Assembly: GCA_031549455.1 (NCBI GenBank)
Contig: JAVBPT010000020.1
Span: forward strand, 1-63,343
Origin: Eubacteriales bacterium
GTDB lineage: Bacteria; Bacillota; Clostridia; Lachnospirales; JAKSVV01
DNA: 63,343 nt
Direction of reading: 5' to 3'
The notes below the pieces were generated by a model that was given only the letters and a program-made list of their open reading frames with translations, was not told where the DNA came from and did no database searches. Each line of letters begins with the position of its first letter. Within the stretch, counting starts at the first letter, position 1. Positions 10,201 through 18,744 of the stretch are shown piece after piece. Position numbers and translations under genes: made by a program.

Positions 10201-12449
10201 GGTACGATGATGTGTGTACCACAAAGGCTTCGGCAGCTTGTTCGACACACGGTGCAGGCAGAGGGCTACACTACTACCCATGTCCTTCGGGATCCTATAG
10301 ATATTGTTCACATGGAAATTCTAGTTCCCATGTAACGAATGATTGTGATGGACCACCATCAACCTGCTCACACGGAAGAACCGGCTCTCATGACATCATG
10401 ACAAATGGGGTTAAAACGGGTACCTGTGCAGGACCAGCTAGAACCTGTTCTCATGGATATACAGGATATCATGTAATATCACGTTGTTCTGGACCATTTG
10501 ATCGTTGTACACACGGAAAAACAAGTTCCAGCTGTAATGACAATTCTCATGGAAACAACTGTTCACATGGTAATTCAAGCCCTAAGGGAACAACTTCAGA
10601 TGGGAGAGAATATTGTAACATTTCTCACAATAATGTAGCTGTAAAAGTTGCAGATAATGGAATTGCTGTTAAACTTATAAATAATGCTGGAGCAAATTTA
10701 TCTGTAAGAGACTTTAACAGAGGAACAGCCAATACAACTTCTAAGGTTACGGTAACAAATCGAACCACCTTATATGGAATCGGAAGCTATACCTATAATA
10801 CAACCGGCAATACTTGTAGCTCAACAGCTGGAATTGCAGGAACGCATAAATTGGCTACAAATCAAGCCACAGGAACATCAGGAGAATACCTAATCGATAA
10901 AGAACCGCCTGAAATAACGGTTACGGGCAATCCAAATCGTTGGACAAATCAAGATGTTACACTGAATATTAGTATTACAGATACTGGTGGATCAGGTGTG
11001 GACTCTGCAGCTTCAACGGTTACGGTATATAAGGTTGGTAATGCAACCCAAACCGCATTCACACAAACAGGGGTATATACAGGAGCAGCCCATACCCTTA
11101 ACTTTAGAGAATCAGGGATCTACCGAATAGATATTGTCGGAAAGGATAATGCAAAGTGGCTAGTTGATCCAGGCAGCACTAATAAATATGACCCTAACTA
11201 CATTGAAGGTGAACCAAACAGTTCACGTCAAAGTGTGATGGTGTATATTGATAAAAAAGCACCAGTGATTAACTACTTAATGACGGATAGTGGGTTTACA
11301 TGGGCCAATGGCCGATGGGAAATCACACAGGAATCCATTGACAATGGAAACGATAGGATAAAGGTACAGATAGAGGACCAAAATTGGGCATATCAAAACT
11401 CCCTGTCTGGAATCAATACGCAAACCTACACCTGGAAGAATGCAAATAAAGTGCCTATCTCAGGATATGAGAACAAGGTGATTGCAAGTGGATCCATTCT
11501 GATGCCAGATGTTGTAAAACAAGGGGGTAGAGGTATTCTGGAAATCACAGCCACAGACGTTGCTGGAAATAAAACCATTTCAGCGATTGAGTTTGGTTCA
11601 GGGGGATCAGGGCCTACGACCAATCCAGGGGTTGTGCCATATAATCCAAAAACGGGAAATGATGCACCAGAATTAACGAATCCTTCAGAACCGGTAAAAC
11701 AACCCGCAATCGAAATCTTCGTCATCGGATTTGTTCCAAAGACAGAAGATGTGGGAGCAACACTAGCCATTACAAAGGTATATGACATAAAGTGGGGAAG
11801 TACGAAGATTACCCCTACGCAACCAGCTTACCCAACAACGATGGCGGTTTACCAAAACGAGATCAGTGATGCCATTGGACTTGGCTATCGAGTAGACTTT
11901 AGAATGAATACCATCGGTTATGGTAAAGACAATGGAGATAGTGTTGAGATCACAGTAGACTTGTATGGTAAAGTGGGATCGGCTTATAAAAAGCTAAATC
12001 TGACAGTGCCAGGTGAAACAGCATTGGGTAGATATAAATCATTCAAATATGTAAAAGGATCTTCAAGTAATCCATCCTCATTCATTCAATGGATTACAAA
12101 GACTGCATCCGTAGGCCATCGTATCGGGACTGAAGTAACGCAATATAACTCTTTAGAGTTTAATTACTTTATACCGGCGACCGCAAAGTTCACCTATGAT
12201 AGCAGCACACCATTTACAGGATCAGAAATTGCAGTTGTATTCAGTGAAATAAAACTAAACAAAAATGGAACCACAGCACTTGGTATGAACTACACGCCAA
12301 GAGCAGGATGGACCAGGACTGGAGAGATGGAGACAACGGTATATGGTAAAAAGAAGAACTCCGTTGGAGTAAACGGTCAAGTATTCTGGTATGATATCAA
12401 GAATACGGCCTTGACAGATATTGGCGGAGGTGAAACACAAAGGAATTAA
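7275..12449 (+). CDS. Giant secreted/surface protein (MucBP-like and Ig-like repeats, Cys/His-rich insert, DUF5704-like C-terminus)
   Basis: N-terminal hydrophobic signal; about five units beginning L[T/N/S]-[I/V]-x-Y; Ig-like DKEPPEIT..WTNQDV..DTGGSGV and ATDVAGN; overlaps upstream SLH gene. Start could be 7266, 7275 or 7278. Family names are from recall. Confidence 0.75.
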   Translation: MMNRNTLKILLSLMFIVTFIITNSTINEATNRTTPEVSGIEYSGNSGGLKTVFGGLSEVKVDYKIKLKLVGDKFSASYKNKEYTYTLCSTKYVAGTDQNIDSFAASTEADLEKYTTDWTTVAGYIKQAMDNNNITSVVEQAYPRGSTSYDDWITDLFNSNKVASTKTIYGCLFTNLSIKSNPKEGFAGWEYKDINLTRYFEESSEKKSENYNVVSNNGAFDLRAYCIYKIGMKVSGGPVVNSMDTYLNYLPKYIREYRMDNKFGNFSVDSIASTIKKTVDDNLDGVPSLAGSPNFRSFLRYYLHSPDPAPGLDLDQTMAKYVGRIVEITSSLSPAWLGKTGHIFRRVQYQTINGDIKPDEGKVDLTIEYIDTDDNNKVLHSIPAKIGAGKVDLSIPANKGTSKDYEVSGEGLSYTVPAIEPIYETKSMKLEPGKEVTNSPFLIDSTLQSGTKYTLKVYLKKNTAKLNIIYMDGGNNTEMGRVTGLDIPSMTGGSIKVNSDNTVSGNDTSYLDATKIAGFKSKLEGKAVKEMKIVKVGGTPTTVQASVIPNVTIETGKTYDLTLTYNTIDFELSVVYKFFLDGTEKTAERYEVKLDASKSILMKPFSIKKGDAVLHAPYYGPNPKTSSWTCFFNDAQRAEYTSTLARFDGYIFKDMYIAKFNASDTEITPKVAIGANAPYGVNMEAINDANVKKVQIVFEFKKFSKNVQLTYKFFQGNVEETDKQVKITYDTQFESRYTIFANRYNLSIDSGIDTPRVSYSQWYSDLKTEEKAELALKKPANWGEYSFSKMEFVKTSASGAVTTTPITGKNYTVPAVLGTNETHNFVVYMTRAGGDTALLNVVYKLSSGTTLKTVPNVIIPVATNTYVGVSENIPTVLGNKVYDQSKITDILDRITGKSISSLTLTPGSFSGTTQVGPLNIVRNTTYTLTITYLDKLVEPSTAGLVFIPHRVTSWTKENVDVTVKVTPSTKTDGVCWYDDVCTTKASAACSTHGAGRGLHYYPCPSGSYRYCSHGNSSSHVTNDCDGPPSTCSHGRTGSHDIMTNGVKTGTCAGPARTCSHGYTGYHVISRCSGPFDRCTHGKTSSSCNDNSHGNNCSHGNSSPKGTTSDGREYCNISHNNVAVKVADNGIAVKLINNAGANLSVRDFNRGTANTTSKVTVTNRTTLYGIGSYTYNTTGNTCSSTAGIAGTHKLATNQATGTSGEYLIDKEPPEITVTGNPNRWTNQDVTLNISITDTGGSGVDSAASTVTVYKVGNATQTAFTQTGVYTGAAHTLNFRESGIYRIDIVGKDNAKWLVDPGSTNKYDPNYIEGEPNSSRQSVMVYIDKKAPVINYLMTDSGFTWANGRWEITQESIDNGNDRIKVQIEDQNWAYQNSLSGINTQTYTWKNANKVPISGYENKVIASGSILMPDVVKQGGRGILEITATDVAGNKTISAIEFGSGGSGPTTNPGVVPYNPKTGNDAPELTNPSEPVKQPAIEIFVIGFVPKTEDVGATLAITKVYDIKWGSTKITPTQPAYPTTMAVYQNEISDAIGLGYRVDFRMNTIGYGKDNGDSVEITVDLYGKVGSAYKKLNLTVPGETALGRYKSFKYVKGSSSNPSSFIQWITKTASVGHRIGTEVTQYNSLEFNYFIPATAKFTYDSSTPFTGSEIAVVFSEIKLNKNGTTALGMNYTPRAGWTRTGEMETTVYGKKKNSVGVNGQVFWYDIKNTALTDIGGGETQRN

Positions 12450-12459
12450 AGGTAATATA

Positions 12460-12499
12460 AAAAGGATTGGATTCTGTAATCACAGACCAGTCCTTTTTT
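12460..12499 (+). terminator. Intrinsic terminator
   Basis: aaaaggattgg...ccagtcctttttt stem with inner ctgt/acag pairing. Confidence 0.75.
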
Positions 12500-12574
12500 G
12501 GTAAATAGGATTGACAAAACCACCATTTTATGCAAAAATGGATTACAACTCCATTTTTGCATAAAGGAAAAAAA

Positions 12575-12784
12575 ATGAATCAATATATTCAAAGAAGCTT
12601 GGAAGCCAAAATTTATCACTCACATGATCACGTGATAAGGCGGGGGGGCACGACCGCGCTGCTCGTTCATCTAGAGGTGGAGCATCCGTATCACTATGTC
12701 ACCTTAGATAATCCGATTGAAAGAGATTTGGCCAAAAATGATCCAGATTTATTTAAAAAAAATATGAAAATCATAAAAAAGTGA
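12575..12784 (+). pseudogene. Truncated N-terminal remnant of an AAA_14/DUF4143-type ATPase
   Basis: YIQRSLE...YVTLDNPIERDLAKNDPDLF resembles that family's N-terminus; Walker A degenerate (RRGGTT); stops after 69 aa. Confidence 0.65.
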
Positions 12785-12933
12785 TAATCGTTTTTCATGA
12801 AATGACAGTCAGTATGCGGATACGAAAAGATTAGAAATGCAAAAATTATAGAATATAAAATTTAGTTAATTATTTTTCCAGACGCATTTTGAAGAGAACG
12901 GAATTGAATTTATAGAGTAATTAGAGGTGATTC

Positions 12934-13344
12934 ATGTTAAAAATTGAAGAACTTAAAATATCTGAATTAGCTGAGTATAAGAAGTTAATAGATGAGTCTT
13001 TTGAATCTAGCAATGATTTAGAAGTATACAAAGAAAAGTATAAAAGCGATGATGGATATACTATTATAGTTGCAAAACTAGAAAATAAGATAGTAGGAAG
13101 CATAACTTTTTATAGAATTCATTTGTTCACTTTTTCATTTCAACCATCTATTGAGATATTTAATGTATGTGTGTTGAAAGAGCATAGAAGACAGAAAATT
13201 GCTGAGACATTGTTTGAATATGTCATTGACTATACAAAACAAAATGGGTACAAGTCATTATATTTAACCTGCCTTGATTCCGCTCTTCCTGCACGAAAAT
13301 TATATGAAAAAATGGGATTTAAGCAGAATGCGAGCGTTAAATAA
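12934..13344 (+). CDS. GNAT family N-acetyltransferase
   Basis: Acetyl-CoA motif A VCVLKEHRRQKIAETL and ARKLYEKMGF; RBS GAGGTG. Confidence 0.9.
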   Translation: MLKIEELKISELAEYKKLIDESFESSNDLEVYKEKYKSDDGYTIIVAKLENKIVGSITFYRIHLFTFSFQPSIEIFNVCVLKEHRRQKIAETLFEYVIDYTKQNGYKSLYLTCLDSALPARKLYEKMGFKQNASVK

Positions 13345-13680
13345 CACATGAGTATATAAAAATCAGAAATACTTTAAAATAAGAGATATGTGCATAAATA
13401 ATGAACATATATAAAAAATGTATAAATTTTTAACTTCTAAAATAGAATGGGATATTTTCTATTTTTTTGACTTTATAAATTAGGTGCGGTTACGCCGCTC
13501 CCGAAATTATGAAAAAACGCGGGACGGAAATATTCAATTCCACGAAATAAATCAAAATAGGGTTAACCTTTCAACTAATGGCTTCCTGCATAAACGAACA
13601 AAAAGATTTACTTATTTACTCAAATAGTATAAGATAGGAGAAGGAATAAAAAAGAAAACCGATAAAAGAATAGACAAAGA

Positions 13681-13700
13681 AAAAAAGCTATTACTAGCTT
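13681..13700 (-). terminator. Terminator for tRNA-Ser
   Basis: aagcta-ttac-tagctt hairpin with the U tract on the minus strand. Confidence 0.6.
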
Positions 13701-13704
13701 CTTA

Positions 13705-13792
13705 CGGAGAAAGCGGGATTTGAACCCGCGCGTCACTTTCGCAACCTATACCCTTAGCAGGGGTACCTCTTCGACCTCTTGAGTATTTCTCC
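13705..13792 (-). tRNA. tRNA-Ser(GCT), long variable arm, CCA not encoded
   Basis: Reverse complement GGAGAAATACTCAAGAGGTCGAAGAGGTACCC-CTGCTAA-GGGTA...GCGGGTTCAAATCCCGCTTTCTCCG folds as a class II cloverleaf. Confidence 0.96.
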
Positions 13793-13808
13793 AGACTCAC
13801 TGTAGAGT

Positions 13809-13837
13809 AGTATAACATTTAGCTTATTCTTTGTCAA
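13809..13837 (-). promoter_or_regulatory. Sigma-A promoter of tRNA-Ser
   Basis: TTGACA-17 nt-TATACT with TG extension on the minus strand. Confidence 0.8.
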
Positions 13838-13868
13838 ATCTTTTTAGTAAAAATGATTGAGGGAAATT

Positions 13869-14693
13869 ATGAAGAAAGTCATGCTTCTTATCTGTCTTAT
13901 TCTGTTCATAAATACCAAAAGTTATGCGGTCTATTTCGCGGATCTAGACCGTTATGAGTACGCCTATAATCCGATTTATAAGCTTGCAGAAGAGGGGGTT
14001 TTGGTTGGGACCAGCGATGGGATGTACAAACCAGAGGAAAAGATCACAAAGCCCTACTTTCTAAAGGTGATGGCCAAGCTGGTGGGATATAAAGAACCCA
14101 TTGTGAGTGTCTCGACAGAAGAGGACATTCAAAAGCTTGGGGGACTTTACACAAAGTATTATGAAATGATCTCGAGGTATCGAGAAAGCTATAAAATATG
14201 GGATAAAACCCTTGAGAAGACCATCCTCTTCCTTATGGACCAAAACTTGATAGAAGAGTCTTACTTAAAGAACATGATTGAAAAACAGGGGAATCTAGAG
14301 GTAGAGTCTGTGCTCACAAAAGAGGAGCTAGGGCTCTGTCTCATTCGGATGATGGACTTTTTGGGGAATGAGATCCCAGACGTGGAAACACTTTATCAGT
14401 ACAGCATCTTGAGGAGAGAGGATGAAGGGATGGTTTGTAAGGCTATTTTGGCGCTTAACCTTTACCGAATGCAAAACCATCTTGAAGAGACCACTGCAGA
14501 AGAGATTGAACTGCGGGGCGTGATCAATGATTGTGATCCGGATCGAATCCAGATCATGGATGATGAGAAGCGGGTTTCGGTTTACGTGCCGGATGAACTG
14601 GTCAAAGAAAAGCTCACCCACTTTGTCAAAGGGACAAAAGTCAAGATGAGGCTAAAAAATTTGGTGTTAAAGGATTTGGTGCGCGATGAATGA
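13869..14693 (+). CDS. SLH-domain secreted protein
   Basis: Signal peptide (..SYA); FADL..YAYNPIYKLAEEGVLVGTSDGMYKPEEKITK SLH motif. Confidence 0.75.
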   Translation: MKKVMLLICLILFINTKSYAVYFADLDRYEYAYNPIYKLAEEGVLVGTSDGMYKPEEKITKPYFLKVMAKLVGYKEPIVSVSTEEDIQKLGGLYTKYYEMISRYRESYKIWDKTLEKTILFLMDQNLIEESYLKNMIEKQGNLEVESVLTKEELGLCLIRMMDFLGNEIPDVETLYQYSILRREDEGMVCKAILALNLYRMQNHLEETTAEEIELRGVINDCDPDRIQIMDDEKRVSVYVPDELVKEKLTHFVKGTKVKMRLKNLVLKDLVRDE

Positions 14694-15219
14694 TAAAAAG
14701 AGCCTCCGAAAAAAAATGAGAGAGATGAAGCATACGGAGGAGGTTTCTGTCCTCTATCGGACCCTCTTTTCTCTGCCCGAATTTAAAACCGCAGAGGCAG
14801 TCTACCTCTTTAAATCCATGGAGGGTGAAATCGATACCGAACCCATCATTCATGAATGCTTCAGGTTAGGGAAAAGGGTCCTCGTACCTGTAATGGAAGC
14901 GCAAAATGAGCTTGCATTTTATGAAGTTAAAGAGGAAAGTTTGTTTCTTTTGAATGGGTTTGGGATTATGGAACCGATAGAGCGTGTGAAGCAAGGGGAT
15001 GTGGAACGTCGAATCCTCCTCACGCCGGCACTAGCTTATGACATCAACCGGAATCGGCTTGGTAAGGGGCTTGGCTGTTATGACCGGTTCCTCTCCAAAC
15101 ACACCTTTTCCTCTATCATTGGCCTTGCCAGAGAGGGAGAGGTTTTAGAGGACGTTTATTCTGAAGAGCACGATATCAAAGTGGATATTATCATTACACA
15201 AAAGGGAGTGATCAAATGA
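14686..15219 (+). CDS. 5-formyltetrahydrofolate cyclo-ligase
   Basis: KKSLRK, EIDT, FGIMEP, PALAYD..RNRLGKGLGCYDRFL, EEHDIKVD. Confidence 0.92.
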   Translation: MNDKKSLRKKMREMKHTEEVSVLYRTLFSLPEFKTAEAVYLFKSMEGEIDTEPIIHECFRLGKRVLVPVMEAQNELAFYEVKEESLFLLNGFGIMEPIERVKQGDVERRILLTPALAYDINRNRLGKGLGCYDRFLSKHTFSSIIGLAREGEVLEDVYSEEHDIKVDIIITQKGVIK

Positions 15220-15953
15220 TTATAATTGGTAAAAATGCAATTCTTGAAGCCATGAAACAGGAGAAGGAAATTGAGAAGATTTTACTCTCAAAAGAGCATC
15301 ATCATGCCTCTCTATCCGAGCTACTCAAAGTGGCTTCCGAAAAAAGGATTGTGAGACAGTATGTTCCAGATGCCAAGCTGAAGGAGCTTGCAAGAACAGA
15401 GAAACATCAGGGAATCATAGCCTTCGTCTCTGAGTATCAGTACTTTGACCTTGAAGAGGTGGTTTCTTCGGTAAGAGCAAAGGGAGAGAAGCTGATGCTG
15501 TATATTCTAGACAACCTCACCGATCCCCACAACTTTGGTGCCATTATACGAAGTGCAGAGCTAAATGGGGTACATGGCATCATCATCCCGAAGCGAAACT
15601 CGGTCACGGTCAATGAGACGGTGTCTAAGGTTTCTGCCGGGGCGATCTCACATGTAAAGGTGATCAAAGTCTCCAATATCAACGCCACCATTGAATCCTT
15701 AAAACAGAAAAATGTTTGGATCTATGGTCTCGTGATGGAGGGAACCCCCATTTATGATACAGATCTATTGGGGGATGTGGCCATCGTGGTGGGCTCAGAA
15801 GGGGAAGGCATTCGAAAGAGTGTGATGGAAAACTGTGACTTTAAAATTACCATTCCGATGTATGGGAAGCTCAACTCGCTCAATGCCTCTGTGGCAGCGG
15901 GTATCTCCATGTACGAGATGAATCGACAAAGATATATGTTCAAAAAAGTATGA
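15216..15953 (+). CDS. rlmB: 23S rRNA (guanosine-2251-2'-O)-methyltransferase
   Basis: HQGI, DPHNFGAIIRSA, GSEGEG, IPMYGKLNSLNASVAAGI SPOUT motifs. Confidence 0.95.
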   Translation: MIIIGKNAILEAMKQEKEIEKILLSKEHHHASLSELLKVASEKRIVRQYVPDAKLKELARTEKHQGIIAFVSEYQYFDLEEVVSSVRAKGEKLMLYILDNLTDPHNFGAIIRSAELNGVHGIIIPKRNSVTVNETVSKVSAGAISHVKVIKVSNINATIESLKQKNVWIYGLVMEGTPIYDTDLLGDVAIVVGSEGEGIRKSVMENCDFKITIPMYGKLNSLNASVAAGISMYEMNRQRYMFKKV

Positions 15954-16031
15954 AAAATATGATTTTTTTGAACATATGTTTATAGAAGAGAAAACGCTTA
16001 TCAATGAGCGTGATTTATGCAAAATAAATAC

Positions 16032-16059
16032 TTGAAAAAAAGAAATATAAATGTATAAT
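16032..16059 (+). promoter_or_regulatory. Sigma-A-type promoter
   Basis: TTGAAA-16 nt-TATAAT before RBS GGAGG. Confidence 0.55.
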
Positions 16060-16079
16060 AAGAGTAAATTGGAGGAAGA

Positions 16080-16493
16080 ATGAACAGCCGTACGAGTGAA
16101 GAGCTAATGGCAGAGTGCTCAAACCTGAGAGAGCAAGTTGAGAAGTATAAGGAAACCATTAAGCTTTATGAGCATCATTTTGAAAAAGCGAACAATGAGT
16201 TCAAACAGATGCAGGAAGAAACAAGATACATGAAACAAACAACAGAAGACTTAAGAGCTCAGATGAAAAGAATTATTACGGAGTATAACAACATTGTGAT
16301 TAAGCATAAAGAGATTGAAGAAGCTTTCATCAGCGTTTCATATATGGCGAAAACATCACCAGAGGAGTGTATCCGAAAGCTGAGTGATTACTATGACCAA
16401 TTCCAAACTGTTGTGGAGGAGACCATTAAGAAAGAGAAAGAACAACAGGCATCAAACGCCAGACATTTTACGATTATAAGAGGTGGAAAATAA
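16080..16493 (+). CDS. Hypothetical coiled-coil protein
   Basis: Strong RBS, E/K/Q-rich heptads, C-terminal FTIIRGGK. Confidence 0.75.
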   Translation: MNSRTSEELMAECSNLREQVEKYKETIKLYEHHFEKANNEFKQMQEETRYMKQTTEDLRAQMKRIITEYNNIVIKHKEIEEAFISVSYMAKTSPEECIRKLSDYYDQFQTVVEETIKKEKEQQASNARHFTIIRGGK

Positions 16494-16509
16494 GGTTTTG
16501 AGGAAGAGA

Positions 16510-17934
16510 ATGAATAGATATTGTAAAATCCTATTATTGATGTTTTTTACACTGCTATGTGTGCATACAGATTCGTTCGGGACAGAGGTAACAACTCTGC
16601 CTCTCAATCGCAATGCCGTTTTTAATTATATCAATGACTATCGAAGCTATTTTGGCATAGAGAAGTTATCACTGGATGATCGACTCAATAAGGCGGCGGA
16701 TAGTCATGCGGTTTACCTAAAAACCAATACCCTTTTAACCATTGAAGAAGAGAAAGAAAAGAAAGGCTTTACGGGCACCTACCCTTGGAATAGGGCCTCT
16801 TATTATGGTTTTGATTCCGCAAGTGTCTATGAAGAAGTTAAAAAAGATAGCAAGAACTATAGGCGAATTGTGATGGACATCATGAGCGATCCCATTAAAA
16901 GAGCCCAGTTTTTGAGCAGTGAATATGAAAAAATAGGCATAGGGATCATTGCTGACCTCTATGTTTTTGACTTTTCAAAATCCAAAGAGGGCACACTAAA
17001 AGATACGCTCATCGAATTTCCGAAATCCGGGAGCACGATCACAAACCTATTTCTGGATGCTCAAAAGAGCAACCCGACCGTTTCATTGACACTTTACTCA
17101 AGGGATGATGTGAGAGAGATACAAAGTGTGACAGGATTTATTCGAAACCAAAAACTTGGTAGGAATGAACAAGTGACCTTTTCCTCTCAGATTGTAAATA
17201 AAAACAAGGTGGTGGGTTCCATCAGCACCGGAAAAGCACTGAGCTTTAATACAGAATATACGGCGAGCATTAGCATTATCTATGTTACCGCATCCAATAT
17301 CAAAAAAACCGTGGAGAAGGTATGGAACTTTAAAATAGATATAGAAGCAAATCAGGATACCCTTTTCACGTATAAGCCAATCAAAAGTGTGAAGACGGTG
17401 AAGAATGCAAAGGATCATTGGGCTGAAGACGTCATCAACTCTTTTTATACCAATGATTATATCAGAGTAGACGCGAACGGAAATTATTCGATAGATCAAC
17501 CGATGAATCGAATCGAGTTTGCCGAAATGATTTTTAGGGCACTAGAACTAACAAGTAGTGGAAGCAAAAAAAGTTTTATAGATGTAATCGGAGACGAAAA
17601 GCAAAGGTATGCAAATGAGATGTACCAGTATAATATTATGCAGGGAGTAAGCGATAACGAGTTTTCTCCAAACACAAACCTGACAAGGGAAGAGGCGGCG
17701 GTTATTGTTGTAAACATTCTTGAAAAAACAACCGGAAAACTAATCATTGCACAAGATAAGCAACAAATTTTTACAGATCTTTTGGATTGTCAAGTTTGGT
17801 CAAGGGAAAGTGTTAAAAAGGCTGCTTCTTCTGGACTGATGAAGGGAAGAGAGGATGGAATATTTTATCCTAAGCAGGTTTTAACCAAGGCAGAGGCAAT
17901 CACTTTACTATATAGACTGATAAGAATGGTTTAG
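16510..17934 (+). CDS. CAP/SCP-domain plus C-terminal SLH protein
   Basis: INDYR..G...L..DDRLNKAADSHA, FTGTYPWNRASYYG (CAP); HWAE, LTREEAA, GLMKGREDGIFYP, LTKAEA (SLH). Confidence 0.85.
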   Translation: MNRYCKILLLMFFTLLCVHTDSFGTEVTTLPLNRNAVFNYINDYRSYFGIEKLSLDDRLNKAADSHAVYLKTNTLLTIEEEKEKKGFTGTYPWNRASYYGFDSASVYEEVKKDSKNYRRIVMDIMSDPIKRAQFLSSEYEKIGIGIIADLYVFDFSKSKEGTLKDTLIEFPKSGSTITNLFLDAQKSNPTVSLTLYSRDDVREIQSVTGFIRNQKLGRNEQVTFSSQIVNKNKVVGSISTGKALSFNTEYTASISIIYVTASNIKKTVEKVWNFKIDIEANQDTLFTYKPIKSVKTVKNAKDHWAEDVINSFYTNDYIRVDANGNYSIDQPMNRIEFAEMIFRALELTSSGSKKSFIDVIGDEKQRYANEMYQYNIMQGVSDNEFSPNTNLTREEAAVIVVNILEKTTGKLIIAQDKQQIFTDLLDCQVWSRESVKKAASSGLMKGREDGIFYPKQVLTKAEAITLLYRLIRMV

Positions 17935-17946
17935 GGGGGATAAAAT

Positions 17947-18744
17947 ATGTTAAACTTTATCATCTGTGATGATGATACAACGAGTGTGAGAGCAATTGAA
18001 AAGGCACTTGAGAAAATTATTGCAAGGAAAGAGGTTCCATCCGAGATTACACTTGCAACCAGTGAGCCTCAAAAAGTATTGGAGTATGTGGATCATGCCA
18101 AAATGACCACAGAGGTGACCAACGTTTACATCCTGGATATTGATCTAAATTATAAGATTACGGGTCTTGAGATTGCAAGAAGGATTAGGAAAGTAGACAC
18201 CTTGGCCTATATCATCTTTATCACAGGCCATCTTGAGTTTGCCATGTTAACGTATAAATATAAAATCAAAGCTTTTGAATATTTAACCAAACCCGTTAGC
18301 TTTGATGATTTTTCAAAATGTATAGCGGATTTGATGAAAGACTATAACAAACTGAGCAGTCTAATGGAGAGTGATGGTAATGTATACTTTCCGATTAAGG
18401 CGGGACAGATTGTTCACAATGTGAGAATCAACGACATTATTTATGTGGAAGCCTCTGGACCCAAGGTCATCTTTCACACACCGACAGCCATTATTGAGTC
18501 TTACACAAGCCTGACATTGGTCTATAATGCCCTGTGTGGTATGAGTGAAAACTTCTTTAGAATTCACAGGACCTACGTCATTAACCTGTTGCACATTAAG
18601 GAAATCAATTACTATAGCTTTTATGTGGTGCTTGACAACAATGCAAAATGTCCAATTGCAAGGGTCAAAAGAGGAGAGATTAGAAAAAAATTAAATTATT
18701 TTAAACCATCAGGGGATGGGCTAAAAAAAGGAGAAGCCAAATGA
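17947..18744 (+). CDS. agrA: LytTR-family response regulator (AgrA-like)
   Basis: ICDDD, ILDIDL, GLEIARRIR, IIFITGH, YKIKAFEYLTKP; LytTR FFRIHRTYVINL. Confidence 0.8.
   Translation: MLNFIICDDDTTSVRAIEKALEKIIARKEVPSEITLATSEPQKVLEYVDHAKMTTEVTNVYILDIDLNYKITGLEIARRIRKVDTLAYIIFITGHLEFAMLTYKYKIKAFEYLTKPVSFDDFSKCIADLMKDYNKLSSLMESDGNVYFPIKAGQIVHNVRINDIIYVEASGPKVIFHTPTAIIESYTSLTLVYNALCGMSENFFRIHRTYVINLLHIKEINYYSFYVVLDNNAKCPIARVKRGEIRKKLNYFKPSGDGLKKGEAK

Noticed and set aside
10197..10630. Multiheme cytochrome c interpretation of the Cys/His-rich segment
   Set aside because: No CxxCH motifs; the pattern is C-x-H-G with 6-7 residues between neighbouring Cys.
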